From NCBI GenBank assembly GCA_965222075.1, contig OZ244937.1, forward strand, positions 288,001 through 352,000: a stretch of DNA of 64,000 bases, read 5' to 3'. The position numbers were made by a program, and so were the translations under genes. The DNA is from Candidatus Latescibacterota bacterium (GTDB taxonomy: Bacteria > Latescibacterota > UBA2968 > GCA-2709665). Numbering within the stretch: position 1 is the first letter of the stretch; the number at the start of each line of letters is the position of its first letter. The notes under the pieces were generated by a model. The model saw only the letters and a program-made list of their open reading frames with translations. It did no database searches and was not told where the DNA came from. Below are positions 19,725-31,095 of the stretch, in pieces.

Positions 19725-22700
19725 ATGCAACGAACAGCATTTGATCAGGTCACCCCGCTGTTGATGCTGGCGACATGTTTTTTGGCATTGCTCTGCCTCC
19801 CTTCCGTCAGTTCCGCTTGGTCCCCGCCGGCCGACAGTGTGCATTTCTGCGCGCCGTTCGATTACGAGCAGTGGCGGCGGGATCACCCCCGTCCTGCGGC
19901 CAAGCCGCTGGGGGATCTGAACGTGGGGGAACCGCGCACGGTGCGGATGATCTACTTTCTGCCGAATGACCGGCCTTTTCGCGCCGACGTGGTTGATTCG
20001 ATGAAAACGATGATTCGCCGGATTCAGAAGTTCTACGCCGAGCAGATGCAGGCGCACGGCTACGGCGACATGACGTTTCGTATTGAGACCAATGCACAGG
20101 ACGACCCCGTCGTGCACCGCGTGGATGGTGAACACGCCGATAGTCATTATCTTGACAACACGGTGGGCCCTGTGTTGCGGGAGATTCAACAGTTGTATGA
20201 TGAGAGCAACAACATTCAATTCATCGTCATTGACAACAGTGCCGACCTGAACATTGGTGTTCACGGCCGCCAAATAGGCGGCGCTGGTGGTATTTCGGGT
20301 CCGCGGAAAAGGAGTGGTTATGTGCTGGTTCCTGGCGGATTCAGCTTCCACACGGCTGCCCACGAACTTGGCCATGCTTTCGGCTTGGGGCACGACTTCC
20401 GCGATGGCACCTACATCATGTCGTATGGCGGAGGACGGTATCGGTTATCGGCGTGCGCCGCGGGATTCCTCGCCGTGAATCCCTTCTTCAATCCGGATAT
20501 CCCACTTAAAGCCTTAACGGGCCCCACCATCGAACACGTTTCGTCCGCCCGGTATCCTGCCGGCTCGAAGAGTGTTTCCATCCAACTCAAGGTCGGCGAT
20601 ACGGACGGGCTTCACCAGGTGATCCTGCACGTTTTCACAACCGCTATATCCATTACTGCCGGATCCTCTGAAGTTAAGGCGTGTCGTGGACTGGCAGGAG
20701 AAAAAGAAACAGTCGTCGAATTCGAGTATGACGGCGTTGTTCCATCTTCTTTTGTTGGAAGTCTTTCCGAGCCTCCTGTACATCGCATTGGGGTTGAGGC
20801 GATTGATACGAATGGGGACGTAAGCACTGCCAGTTTCTATATTGCGCAAAGTTCGCCATACCTGATCACCACCCTTGAAGGGCATTCGTCAGATGTCCCT
20901 TCGGTGGCGTTTTCGTCCGATGGTAGCACACTGGCTTCCGGGTCGTGGGATAGCACGATCGTGCTGTGGGATATGGACACCCGGGAACGGATGGCCGTCC
21001 TGGAAGGACACACCCATGGCGTCACTTCGGTGGCGTTTTCGTCCGATGGTAGCACACTGGCTTCCGGATCGCTTGGTGGCGAGATCCTGCTGTGGGATGT
21101 GGCGGCCCGAGAAGCGGTCGGCGCTCTGGAGGGGTATACGGAACGCATCAGTGAGGTGGCATTCTCACCCGATGGTAGGACGCTGGCTGCCGGGGGGTGG
21201 TGGGATGATACGGTCAAACTGTGGGACGTGGCGACACGCGAAGAGGTTGCAACCGTGCAGATGCATACAGATCCGATCCTTTCGGTGGCATTTTCGCCCG
21301 ACGGTAGCATCCTGGCTTCCGCATTAGGGGACAACACAATCCTGCTGTGGGACGTGGCGGCCCAAGAAGAGATTGCCACCCTGAAGCGGCAATCAATCAT
21401 CTATGCGATGGTATTTTCGCCCGACGGTAGCATCCTGGCTTCCGCATCAGGGGACGGCACGACTGTGCTTTGGGACGTGGCGACACGCCGGAAGATTACC
21501 ACCATTGAAGGGGATTGGGCCTGGGTCAACTCGATGGCGTTTTCGCCCGATGGGTCCACTCTGGCATCCGGTACAGCCATTGGGACCGTCATAATGCAGA
21601 ATGTTCTGAGTGGAAATATAGACCAGAGGTTTCCGCATACAGGTGCCGTCACTTCGGTGGCCTTTTCGCCCGACGGTACCATGCTGGCTGCGGCATCAAC
21701 GGATGACAGGATAGAGTTGTGGGATACCTCCGAGTGGGTGCGTCCACGTCCTTTTCGCGTGATGAAAGTGTCCGGCGATGACCAGCAGGGTGCACCCGGC
21801 GACACGTTGGGCCAACCCCTGGTCGTGGAAGTGCGAGATCAGTACGGCAATCTTCTGCCCGATGTGCCCGTTACGTTCACGGTCACCGCCGGAAACGGTA
21901 CGCTGGGCGGAAGGTTCACGACTGAGCGCGCAGTGACCGATACCCACGGCCGGGTTGAGGTTTTCCTTACCCTTGGTTCCAATCCGGGCACAAACACCGT
22001 TGGGATATCTCTGGGTGTGGGTGAGCTGACGACGTTTCGTGCGGAGGGTGTCGGAACCGGCGTGATCGTCCGTGAGGAAGATTTCCGGACATGGCATCTG
22101 CCGGACGGTGCGATTGTCCGCCTGGGAAAGGGAACCATCAGTGAAAGCGACCGCGCCGTGGACTTTTCGAGGGATGGCCGATATCTGGCTGTGGCCAGTG
22201 ACATCGGCGTGTGGGTCTACGAGATGGCGACGTCCCGTGTTCTGGCGCTGTTACCTGCCGAGGATAGGGCCTATTCGGTGTCATTTTCCCCCGATGGCAC
22301 GACGCTGGCTTCGGCGTTGAACAATGGCAGGATCGAGCTGTGGCAGGTTAATACGGGTGCGCGGATTGGCACCCTCGACCGGCAGTCGTTATGGGTCCCT
22401 TCTGTGGTGTTTTCATCGGATGGGGCCACCCTGGCCTCGGGGTCAGGTGATGGCACAGTCCTGTTGTGGGACGTGTCGAGCCAAGCAGAGATCGCCGTGC
22501 TGGAGGGGCATACGAGTCGCGTCAGGTCGGTGGCGTTCACGCCCGACGGTACCATGCTGGCATCCGGGTCGGATGACGAAACCATCAAGTTGTGGGACGT
22601 GTCGAGCCGAGCAGAGATTGCCACTATAGAGGGGCATAGGCAAGAGGTCAGGTCGGTGGCGTTTTCTCCTGGTGGCGGCATCCTGGCTTCAGGGTCATGG

Positions 22701-24347
22701 GATGGTACCGCCAGACTGTGGGACGTGTCGAGCCGAGAAGAGATCGCCACATTGAATGTGCACAGGCGCGGGGTCACATCGGTGGCGTTCTCGCCGGACG
22801 GGCGCACGCTGACTACCGGGGCGTTGCGCACGATGATACAGTGGGATGTGGCGACCCGAGAACGTGTTGCCACCCTGAACGTGCACGGGTCCTGGATCAC
22901 TTCGCTGGCGTATTCGCCCGACGGCGCCATCCTCGTTTCCGGGTCCCCGGACGGTATGGTTCTGATGCGGTATGTGGAGACGGGAAGCACCGTCAGGCTC
23001 CCCGGGTTTATGGTTTTCGGCTCGATGGCGATTTCACCCGATGGAGCGAATCTGGCTTCCGGGACAGGGGATGGCGCGATCTTGTGGTGGGATCTGGCGA
23101 CCCGGGCAGAACTCCCCACGCTGGAGGGACATAGGGGTCTGGTCTATTCACTGGCGTTTTCGCCCGACGGTACCACACTGGCATCCGGGTCGGATGACGA
23201 AACCATCAGGTTGTGGGACGTGTCGACCCGGGAAGAGATCGCCGTGCTGGAAGGGCATACAGGTTGCGTCAGGTCGGTGGCGTTTTCGCCCGACGGTACC
23301 ACACTGGCATCCGGGTCGGATGACGAAACCATCAAGTTGTGGGATATGGCGGCCCGAGAAGAGATCGCCTCGCTGAAAGGGCATACAGGAAGGGTCAATT
23401 CGGTGGCGTTTTCGCCCGACGGTACTACACTGGCTTCAGGATCGTTCGACAAGACGGTGAAGTTGTGGGACGTGGCGGCCCGGGAAGAGATTGCCACTTT
23501 GGGGCACATGAAAGAGGTCACTTCGGTGGCGTTTTCGCCGGACGGTACTACACTGGCTTCTATTCAATGGTCTGACAGGACGGTCAAGCTGTGGGACGTG
23601 TCGACCCGAGAAGAGATCGCCTCCCTGGAAGGGCATACACGAAGTGTCACTTCGGTGGCGTTTTCGCCGGACGGGACCACGCTGGCCGCCGGGTTGTTTC
23701 GCATTAAACTATGGGACGTGGCGACCCGAGAAGAGATTGGCACTCTGGAGGGGCATACAGGTGGGATCAGGTCGCTGTTGTTCTCACCCGACGGAGCCAC
23801 GCTGGTTTCCGGCTCCTGGGATGGCACGATTCTGGTGTGGGATATGCAGCTTCTGCAACCACATCCCCAAACCCTGACCAGGGTCTCCGGGCTTGAACAG
23901 CAGGGACCGGCCGGTGCGGCGTTGGCCCAGCCGTTTGTCGTTTCGGTGCAGGATCAAAACGGGGATCCGTTTGGCGGGGCCACCGTCACCTTCTCGGTTA
24001 CCGCCGGGGGAGGGACGCTGTCTGTAGCGACCGCCACCACCGATGCCAACGGTCGCGCCGCCACTACCCTGACTCTGGGGAGCCAGCCGGGGACGAATAC
24101 CGTTGTCGCAACGGTAGCTGATCTTGAGCCGGTGGCCTTTACCGCCACTGCCAAAGCCAAGCCCGACTTTAATGGCGACGGTACCGTTGGCTTTGCCGAT
24201 TTTGTGCAGTTTGCAGCACGGTTCGGGTTAAGCCAGGGCGATGCGGGGTATGACGCGCGGTACGATCTGGATGGGAATGGGACCATCGGGTTTGGTGATT
24301 TTGTGATCTTTGCCAACGCCTTCGGCAAAGAAGGGTCATCAAATTGA
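19725..24347 (+). CDS. Secreted zincin metallopeptidase + WD40 repeats + Big_1 + dockerin/EF-hand-like tag
   Basis: Signal peptide; HELGHAFGLGH..IMSY; many GH..FSPDG..LWD repeats; Ig-like SGDDQQG modules; C-terminal PDFNGDG..DLDGNG. Confidence 0.88.
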   Translation: MQRTAFDQVTPLLMLATCFLALLCLPSVSSAWSPPADSVHFCAPFDYEQWRRDHPRPAAKPLGDLNVGEPRTVRMIYFLPNDRPFRADVVDSMKTMIRRIQKFYAEQMQAHGYGDMTFRIETNAQDDPVVHRVDGEHADSHYLDNTVGPVLREIQQLYDESNNIQFIVIDNSADLNIGVHGRQIGGAGGISGPRKRSGYVLVPGGFSFHTAAHELGHAFGLGHDFRDGTYIMSYGGGRYRLSACAAGFLAVNPFFNPDIPLKALTGPTIEHVSSARYPAGSKSVSIQLKVGDTDGLHQVILHVFTTAISITAGSSEVKACRGLAGEKETVVEFEYDGVVPSSFVGSLSEPPVHRIGVEAIDTNGDVSTASFYIAQSSPYLITTLEGHSSDVPSVAFSSDGSTLASGSWDSTIVLWDMDTRERMAVLEGHTHGVTSVAFSSDGSTLASGSLGGEILLWDVAAREAVGALEGYTERISEVAFSPDGRTLAAGGWWDDTVKLWDVATREEVATVQMHTDPILSVAFSPDGSILASALGDNTILLWDVAAQEEIATLKRQSIIYAMVFSPDGSILASASGDGTTVLWDVATRRKITTIEGDWAWVNSMAFSPDGSTLASGTAIGTVIMQNVLSGNIDQRFPHTGAVTSVAFSPDGTMLAAASTDDRIELWDTSEWVRPRPFRVMKVSGDDQQGAPGDTLGQPLVVEVRDQYGNLLPDVPVTFTVTAGNGTLGGRFTTERAVTDTHGRVEVFLTLGSNPGTNTVGISLGVGELTTFRAEGVGTGVIVREEDFRTWHLPDGAIVRLGKGTISESDRAVDFSRDGRYLAVASDIGVWVYEMATSRVLALLPAEDRAYSVSFSPDGTTLASALNNGRIELWQVNTGARIGTLDRQSLWVPSVVFSSDGATLASGSGDGTVLLWDVSSQAEIAVLEGHTSRVRSVAFTPDGTMLASGSDDETIKLWDVSSRAEIATIEGHRQEVRSVAFSPGGGILASGSWDGTARLWDVSSREEIATLNVHRRGVTSVAFSPDGRTLTTGALRTMIQWDVATRERVATLNVHGSWITSLAYSPDGAILVSGSPDGMVLMRYVETGSTVRLPGFMVFGSMAISPDGANLASGTGDGAILWWDLATRAELPTLEGHRGLVYSLAFSPDGTTLASGSDDETIRLWDVSTREEIAVLEGHTGCVRSVAFSPDGTTLASGSDDETIKLWDMAAREEIASLKGHTGRVNSVAFSPDGTTLASGSFDKTVKLWDVAAREEIATLGHMKEVTSVAFSPDGTTLASIQWSDRTVKLWDVSTREEIASLEGHTRSVTSVAFSPDGTTLAAGLFRIKLWDVATREEIGTLEGHTGGIRSLLFSPDGATLVSGSWDGTILVWDMQLLQPHPQTLTRVSGLEQQGPAGAALAQPFVVSVQDQNGDPFGGATVTFSVTAGGGTLSVATATTDANGRAATTLTLGSQPGTNTVVATVADLEPVAFTATAKAKPDFNGDGTVGFADFVQFAARFGLSQGDAGYDARYDLDGNGTIGFGDFVIFANAFGKEGSSN

Positions 24348-24481
24348 ACTGTCTGTGCGGGCACACTCAGACATGGTAAAAAGAAAATTATCCAACAGGG
24401 AAACGATAAAGGTGCGTTCTTGTAGACAACCGGGTTTTTACGTTGGCCCGGTGCTGATATCACCATCCGGAGGTGAGAGAT

Positions 24482-24697
24482 ATGAGTGCTCATCGCGTTG
24501 AAACGGTTATACGCCAGGGCAGAACGGTTGTGCTAAAGGATTTGCCTTTCCAGGTAGGCGAGTCGGTCGAAGTCATTATTTCTCATTGCTCGTCAGAACG
24601 CAACGAGAAAGACCGCTATCCATTGCGTGGCACTCCGATAAAATACGTCAATCCTGCTGAACCTGTAGCGCATGGGGATTGGAGCGTATCACAATGA
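24482..24697 (+). CDS. Putative VapB-type antitoxin
   Basis: GGAGG RBS; LPFQVGESVEVII..YPLRG; ATGA overlap with the PIN gene. Confidence 0.7.
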   Translation: MSAHRVETVIRQGRTVVLKDLPFQVGESVEVIISHCSSERNEKDRYPLRGTPIKYVNPAEPVAHGDWSVSQ

Positions 24698-25088
24698 TTG
24701 TGCTTGATACGCACATCTCCGGGTCTGGTGGGTTCATGGAGACGCTCGCCTCACCAGCCAGCAAGTGGCTTGGTTGCAACAATATGAGTCTCAAGGTCTT
24801 GGGGTGAGTGCAATTTCATGTTGGGAAGTTGCTAAATTAGTTGAGTACAAGCGGCTCGTATTGCCTTGTCCGGTTGATGCGTGGATGGATCAGGCGCTTT
24901 TATATCCGGGCATTCGGTTTCTGGATCTGACGCCGCAAATTGTAATTGAGTCATCGCAATTGCCCGTTGGATTCCACAGAGATCCAGTGGATCAGATTAT
25001 CGTTGCTACGGCGAGAGTCCACAATTGTCAATTGTTGACAGTGGATGCCAAGATACTTGATTATGGACATGTTAATACGCTGAAGTAA
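24694..25088 (+). pseudogene. vapC: VapC/PIN toxin with +2 frameshift at ~24719
   Basis: MIVLDTHI then an extra CC, resuming WVWWVH..SAISCWEVA..HRDPVDQIIVATA..LLTVD. Confidence 0.85.
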
Positions 25089-25270
25089 ACACGCCAAACC
25101 CGTTGTTAAAATAAGGCGATGGCGTGATTGGGCTTGGCGATTTTGTGATCTTTGCCAAGGCCTTCGGGAAAGAAGGTTGACCTATCTGCGCCTGCCAGAA
25201 GACAGGCAGGCGCAAGCAGAGCAGCGAACGGTACCCCGTTCCGTATGTTCGTTTACTGAGGTGTAAACCC

Positions 25271-26866
25271 ATGCGTTTTTTCAATACAGCCGGTCCCATC
25301 ATCCCAGAGGATCATTACCATATCCCACCGTTGGAACGGATTGATTTCGACGAAGTCCTGCTGCTGATTGAGCGAAAGAGGTACTTCGTGATGCACGCGC
25401 CCCGGCAGACGGGCAAGACGTCTTCTCTGCTGGCACTGATGGATGAACTGAACGGCGGCGGGCGGTATCGCTGCATGTACGTGAACGTGGAGATCGGTCA
25501 GTCCGCACGCGAGGACGTGGGGGCGGCCCTGCGGGCGATACTGGGTCAATTGGCTATGCGGGCGGAACGCATCCTGGGCGAGCGGATCGTGAAGGAGGTC
25601 TGGCGCGAGGCTCTTGAGGACTCAGGCCCCCACGGCGCGTTGCAGGAGGTGCTGAGCCGCTGGGCCGCGGCAGACGCCAGGCCGTTGGTGCTGATGATCG
25701 ACGAGATTGACGCGCTGATCGGCGACACGCTCCTGTCCGTGCTGCGGCAACTCCGTGCGGGCTATCCCGACCGGCCGCGCCAATACCCGCAGACGGTGAT
25801 CCTGTGCGGCGTGCGCGACGTGCGCGACTACCGCATCCAATCCACCGCAGAGAACGCGATCGTCGCAGGCGGCAGCGCGTTCAACATTCGCGCCGAGTCG
25901 TTGCGGCTGGACGATTTCACAGCGGACGAAGTGCATAAGCTCCTGGTGCAACACACCGAGACCACCGGACAGGTGTTTGCCGAGGAGGCGCAGAACGCGA
26001 TCCGGGAATTGACGCAGGGCCAGCCGTGGCTGGTGAATGCACTGGCTTATGAAGCCTGCTTCAGGAACAAGGCCGGGCGGGATCGCAGCCGGCCGGTCAC
26101 AGCCAATGCGATATGCGACGCCCGTGAACAGCTCATCCTGCGCCGCGAGACACACCTGGACCAACTTACCGACAAACTCCAGGAGGAGCGCGTGCGGCGC
26201 GTGGTCGAACCGCTGTTGAGCGGTGCCGAATACACCGAGGCGATTCCCCAGGACGATGTGGAATATGTCCGCGATTTGGGCCTTTTGCGTCGAGAAGATC
26301 CCATCGCCATCGCCAACCCAATCTATCAGGAGGTCATCCCCCGCGACCTGACCTACACCACGCAGGCATACCTCGCTCAAGACCCGGCCTGGTACGTGGA
26401 TGCGGACGGGCGTTTGCGCCTTGCCGATCTGCTGGCCGCGTTCCAGGGGTTCTTCCGTGAACATTCGGAACACTGGGTCGAGCGGTTTCAGTACAGGGAA
26501 GCCGGTCCGCAGCTGCTGCTGCAGGCGTTCTTGCAGCGTATCGTCAACAGCGGCGGGCGGATCGAGCGGGAGTATGGCCTGGGTCGGATGCGTACGGACC
26601 TGCTGATCCTGTGGCCGGCACCCGGCGACGCCCGGTCCGGTCAAGCGGTTCAGCAGGCGGTGGTCGAATGCAAGCTGCTTTACAAGAGCCTGGAACAGAC
26701 CGTGCGCGAGGGCCTGGAACAGACCCGCGCCTATATGGATCGCTGTGCCGCGGAGGAAGGCCACCTCGTGGTCTTTGACCGCACGGTGGACGTGTCGTGG
26801 GACGATAAGATCTTCCGCCGCGAGGAGGGTGTGGGGGATACGAAAGTTACGGTGTGGGGGATGTGA
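25271..26866 (+). CDS. AAA-like ATPase with C-terminal PD-(D/E)XK-like domain
   Basis: APRQTGKT Walker A; LMIDEID Walker B; GRMRTDLLI..VVECK. Confidence 0.85.
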   Translation: MRFFNTAGPIIPEDHYHIPPLERIDFDEVLLLIERKRYFVMHAPRQTGKTSSLLALMDELNGGGRYRCMYVNVEIGQSAREDVGAALRAILGQLAMRAERILGERIVKEVWREALEDSGPHGALQEVLSRWAAADARPLVLMIDEIDALIGDTLLSVLRQLRAGYPDRPRQYPQTVILCGVRDVRDYRIQSTAENAIVAGGSAFNIRAESLRLDDFTADEVHKLLVQHTETTGQVFAEEAQNAIRELTQGQPWLVNALAYEACFRNKAGRDRSRPVTANAICDAREQLILRRETHLDQLTDKLQEERVRRVVEPLLSGAEYTEAIPQDDVEYVRDLGLLRREDPIAIANPIYQEVIPRDLTYTTQAYLAQDPAWYVDADGRLRLADLLAAFQGFFREHSEHWVERFQYREAGPQLLLQAFLQRIVNSGGRIEREYGLGRMRTDLLILWPAPGDARSGQAVQQAVVECKLLYKSLEQTVREGLEQTRAYMDRCAAEEGHLVVFDRTVDVSWDDKIFRREEGVGDTKVTVWGM

Positions 26867-26973
26867 AGGGAAAAGTGTGAAGGATGAAAGGGGAAGAAAG
26901 AAGCAACCACAGCATGGGCAGGGCGTAAACCAACGCCACAACGTTAATACAACTCAGATTGAGGTAGGCAGGC

Positions 26974-27174
26974 ATGCTCGAAAAACCTCGTTCCCCCAAA
27001 TGGGTATATGATGACTCGGGTGAGGTCATTGAGGTAATACTTGGATATGACGATTTCAAGACGTTACTTCAAAAGATCGCTCGGGAAACGGATTGGGAGA
27101 CGCTTCCTCTCCACTTGCAGGATGCCGTTGACGCGATGTTAATGGAAGAATCGCCTGAATATACTGTGGAATGA
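26974..27174 (+). CDS. Small hypothetical protein (3' half repeated at 15122-15211)
   Basis: GAGG RBS; LLQKIARETDWETLPLHLQDAVDAMLMEES found at both sites. Confidence 0.5.
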   Translation: MLEKPRSPKWVYDDSGEVIEVILGYDDFKTLLQKIARETDWETLPLHLQDAVDAMLMEESPEYTVE

Positions 27175-27225
27175 TCGCGTTTCTATAATCCCCGGGACGG
27201 ATTACGAGGTCAGGAGCAGGGGCCA

Positions 27226-29652
27226 ATGAAAAAATGGATTTTTCATCTCACCGCACTAACCGGATTGAATGTTTGCATTTTCGCGTTGCTCTATCTCTTG
27301 TGTGCGGGCGATGCCTCTGCTCAGCAAATCCAGACGCCTGCTCCGCCGAGCATGGACGGTGATTTTCAGACGTGGCATTTGCCCGAAGGTGCCCTCGCCC
27401 GCCTGGGCAAGGGAGCCATTGGTGAAGGCGACCGGGCGGTGGCGCTTTCGTCTGACGGGAAATATCTCGCCGTGGCCAGTGGCGTCGGCGTGTGGCTGTA
27501 CGAGATGGCGACGTCCCGTGCCCTGGCGCTGCTACCCACTGCGAGTCCAGTCTATTCGGTGGCGTTTTCGCGCGGCACCATGCTCGCTTCGGGTTTGGTC
27601 AATGGCAGGATTGAGCTATGGGAGGTCAAAACGGGCACGCGGATTGCCATCTTTGAAGGGCGCAGGTGGGTTCGAGTTACTTCGGTGTTGTTTTCGCCTG
27701 ATGGTGCCACTCTCGTTTCCGGCTCTTATGATGGCGCGGTCAGGCTGTGGGATGTGGCGTCCCGAAAACGCATCGCCACCCTGGAAGGGCATACAGAGCA
27801 GGTCACTTCGGTGTCGTTTTCGCCTGATGGTGCCACTCTGGCTTCCGGGTCGCAGGATAAAGCGGTCAAGCTGTGGGATGTGGCGTCCCGAGAAGAGGTC
27901 GCTACCCTGGAAGGGCACTGGCATTTGGTCAGTTCGGTGTCGTTTTCTCCCGATGGCGACATTGTTGCTTCCGGGTCGTGGGATCGCACGGTCAGGCTGT
28001 GGGATGTGTCGGCCCGCGAAGAGATCACTACCCTGGGGAGGCACAGTTCTATTATCAGTTCGGTGTCGTTTTCGCCTGATGGCGCCACTCTGGCTTCCGG
28101 GGGAAGGGATCACACGGTCAGGCTGTGGGATGTGGCGTCCCGAGAAGAGGTCGCCACCCTGGAGGGGCATACGTATCGCGTCAATTCTGTGGTGTTTTCT
28201 CCTGATGGGACCACTCTCGTTTCCGGGGCAGCGGACGGTATGGTTCTGCTGCGGGATGTGGAGACGGGAAATGTCGCCAGGCTCTCCGGGTATATAAGTG
28301 TCAGCTCGTTGGCGTTTTCTCCCGATGGGACCACTCTGGCTTCCGGCTCTAATGATGAAACGATCAAGCTGTGGGATGTGGCGTCCCGAGAAGAGGTCGC
28401 CACCCTGGAGGGGCATACGTATCACGTCAATTCTGTGGTGTTTTCTCCCGATGGGACCACTTTGGCTTCCGGCTCTGAGGATGAAACGATCAAGCTGTGG
28501 GACGTGGCGGCCCGAGAAGAGGTCGCCACCCTGGAGGGGCATACGTATCGCGTCAATTCTGTGGTGTTTTCTCCCGATGGGACCACTTTGGCTTCCGGCT
28601 CTGAGGATGAAACGATCAAGCTGTGGGATGTGGCGACCCGAAAAGAGATCGCCACCCGGAAAGGGCACTGGTATGGAGTCAATTCTGTGGTGTTTTCTCC
28701 CGATGGGACCACTCTGGCTTCCGGGGGAGGGGATGGCACGGTCAGGCTGTGGGATGTGGCGTCCCGAAAAGAGGTCGCCACGCTGGAGGGGCATAGGAAT
28801 AGGATCAATTCTGTGGTGTTTTCTCCTGATGGGATCACCCTCGCTTCGGGGGGATCGGATCGCACGGTCAGGCTGTGGGACGTGGCGTCCCGAAAAGAGA
28901 TCGCTGCCTTTGAAGGGCATACGGATGAGGCCATTACGTCTGAGGTCAATTCTGTGGTGTTTTCTCGCGACGGGACCACTCTGGTTTCCGGCTCTTATGA
29001 TGGCGCGGTCAGGCTGTGGGATGTGGCGTCCCGAAAAGAGGTCGCCACTCTGGAGGGGCATACGGATGGGGTCATTTCTGTGGTGTTTTTGCCCTATAGG
29101 ACCACTCTGGTTTCCGGCTCTTATGATGGTACGATGTTGTTGTGGGATATGTTGCCGTACATCACCTCATGCACGCCGAGGCCGCCGGTGAAAATCTACG
29201 GCGACAAACAGGAAGGAATGGTCGGAACCGCTTTGGCCAAGCCGTTTGTCGTTTGGGTGTTGGATGAGAAGGGGGCGGCGTTTGAAGGCGTGCCGGTCTC
29301 GTTTGCTGTGACTGCAGGTGGGGGGAGGCTCTCTGTTGAGACCACGGTGACGGATGCGAATGGTCGAGCATCGAGCACGCTGACGCTTGGGAGTGAACCA
29401 GGCACAAACACCGTTGTGGTAAGGGTTGCAGGAACTGAGGAGACGGCGACCTTTGTCGCAGAAACTTTAGCTATGCCCGACTTTGACGGCGATGGTGCGG
29501 TGGGTTTTTCCGACTTTTTGCTGTTTGCCCAGCAGTTCGGGTTACGTCAAGGCGATGCGGGGTATGACGCGCGGTATGATCTGGATGGGGATGGGACCAT
29601 CGGGTTTGGGGATTTTGTGATTTTTGCCAAGGCCTTCGGGAAAGAAGGTTGA
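27226..29652 (+). CDS. Secreted WD40-repeat protein + Big_1 + dockerin/EF-hand-like tag
   Basis: Signal peptide; many 42-aa WD repeats; same GGAGCAGGGGCCA leader as 19725. Confidence 0.9.
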   Translation: MKKWIFHLTALTGLNVCIFALLYLLCAGDASAQQIQTPAPPSMDGDFQTWHLPEGALARLGKGAIGEGDRAVALSSDGKYLAVASGVGVWLYEMATSRALALLPTASPVYSVAFSRGTMLASGLVNGRIELWEVKTGTRIAIFEGRRWVRVTSVLFSPDGATLVSGSYDGAVRLWDVASRKRIATLEGHTEQVTSVSFSPDGATLASGSQDKAVKLWDVASREEVATLEGHWHLVSSVSFSPDGDIVASGSWDRTVRLWDVSAREEITTLGRHSSIISSVSFSPDGATLASGGRDHTVRLWDVASREEVATLEGHTYRVNSVVFSPDGTTLVSGAADGMVLLRDVETGNVARLSGYISVSSLAFSPDGTTLASGSNDETIKLWDVASREEVATLEGHTYHVNSVVFSPDGTTLASGSEDETIKLWDVAAREEVATLEGHTYRVNSVVFSPDGTTLASGSEDETIKLWDVATRKEIATRKGHWYGVNSVVFSPDGTTLASGGGDGTVRLWDVASRKEVATLEGHRNRINSVVFSPDGITLASGGSDRTVRLWDVASRKEIAAFEGHTDEAITSEVNSVVFSRDGTTLVSGSYDGAVRLWDVASRKEVATLEGHTDGVISVVFLPYRTTLVSGSYDGTMLLWDMLPYITSCTPRPPVKIYGDKQEGMVGTALAKPFVVWVLDEKGAAFEGVPVSFAVTAGGGRLSVETTVTDANGRASSTLTLGSEPGTNTVVVRVAGTEETATFVAETLAMPDFDGDGAVGFSDFLLFAQQFGLRQGDAGYDARYDLDGDGTIGFGDFVIFAKAFGKEG

Positions 29653-29769
29653 CCTATCTGCGCCTGCCTGTGTTCCTCCCACACGCAGGCCGGGTCTTCG
29701 GCAGGCAGGCGCAAACAGAGCAGCGAACGGTACCCCGTTCCGTATGTTCGTCTACTGAGGTGTAAACCG

Positions 29770-30041
29770 ATGCGTTTCTTCAACACGGCCGGTCCCATCA
29801 AGCCGGATATTCACTACGATGTCCCGCCGTTGGAACGGATTGACCTGGACGAGGTGCCGATGCTGATCGAGCAGCAGAGGTACTTTGTCATGCACGCGCC
29901 CCGGCAGACGGGCAAGACGTCCTCTCTGCTGGCCTTGATGGACGAGCTGAACGGCGGCGGGCGGTATCGCTGCATGTACGTGAACGTGGAGATCGGCCAG
30001 TCCGCACGCGGGATACGAAAGCTACGGTGTGGGGGATGTGA
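29770..30041 (+). pseudogene. Internally deleted copy of the 25271-26866 ATPase
   Basis: First ~240 nt joined directly to the last ~30 nt (GGATACGAAAG..GGGATGTGA). Confidence 0.9.
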
Positions 30042-30279
30042 AGGGAAATGACTCCGCAGTGATGATAGGAGAGTAGATCCATGAAACCCCCCGTTCTTTG
30101 TATTGCAGATCGAAAATTTATCGTATTGAACGTGATGTGTGACTTTAAATAGGAGAAAGGAGGTCTTAAGGCTACCTTGTAAGTATCACCAAAACGAGGC
30201 AGCCAACCCCCAACAGGAGGGACCTCCAAATGTATAATTTAGAACTATTCGTCATCGCTGTCTACTGTTTAATTGCCGA

Positions 30280-30312
30280 CCTGCCTGCCGCGCGGTGCTT
30301 GGCGCAGGCAGG
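30280..30312. mobile_element. 33-nt CCTGCCTG hairpin insertion
   Basis: Removal restores IADELYP. Confidence 0.88.
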
Positions 30313-30804
30313 TGAGTTGTATCCCAACTTCTGTCAAAGATATGGCCCCCCCCGTCGGGCAGGCTTTTCACCAACCCTGAGTGATGCGGAATGCCTGACG
30401 ATTGAAATCGTTGGACAATTTCTGGGCTATCCCAATCAAAAGCAACTCTTTGAGCGGATGCGTGAGCGCTTCGGCACCTGGTTTCCAGATCTAAAAGAGA
30501 GGGAGGCCTTTGTGCGCCAATCGGCCAATCTTTGGCAGGTCAAAGCCATTTTACACCAGCAGTTGGTGGAAAGGTTAGGTGGCCATCACGCCCCCTGTCA
30601 GATCATTGATACCCTGCCCGTTCCCATCTGTCACCTGGCACGGAGGTGGAGGCGAAAAATCTTCAAAACAGACCCCGTCTTTGATTTTCCAGACCCCACC
30701 AAGGGCTACTGTGCGGCCAAAAAGGAAGCATACTTTGGCTTCAAAGGGGGACTGCGGATCACAAAGGATGGCCTGATTGTTCACGCGCCGCTGTTGCAAG
30801 CCTA

Positions 30805-30837
30805 CCTGCCTGCAGCGCAGGGCACTGCGCAGGCAGG
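30805..30837. mobile_element. 33-nt CCTGCCTG hairpin insertion
   Basis: Removal restores LQAYGHD. Confidence 0.88.
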
Positions 30838-30894
30838 TGGTCATGACTCAAAGTGCCGCGACCAACTTCTGGAGGGAGTGCAACCCGATACCTT

Positions 30895-30921
30895 CTTGCC
30901 TGCGCGCAGCGCGCAAGCAGG
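30895..30921. mobile_element. 27-nt hairpin insertion (CTTGCCTG..CAAGCAGG)
   Basis: Removal restores DTFVLGD. Confidence 0.85.
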
Positions 30922-31095
30922 TGTGTTGGGCGATACCGCTTTTTTGGATCTAAACTGGCAGGAAGCGTGTCAAAAACGCCATCAGGTGCGGGTTTTAACC
31001 CCCATCAAATCCAATATGAAGCCAACCCCACAGCGCAAACCCTTTATACTATCTGGGGTGGGAAAAACCCTGCGACGGTTGATTGAAACCGTCTA

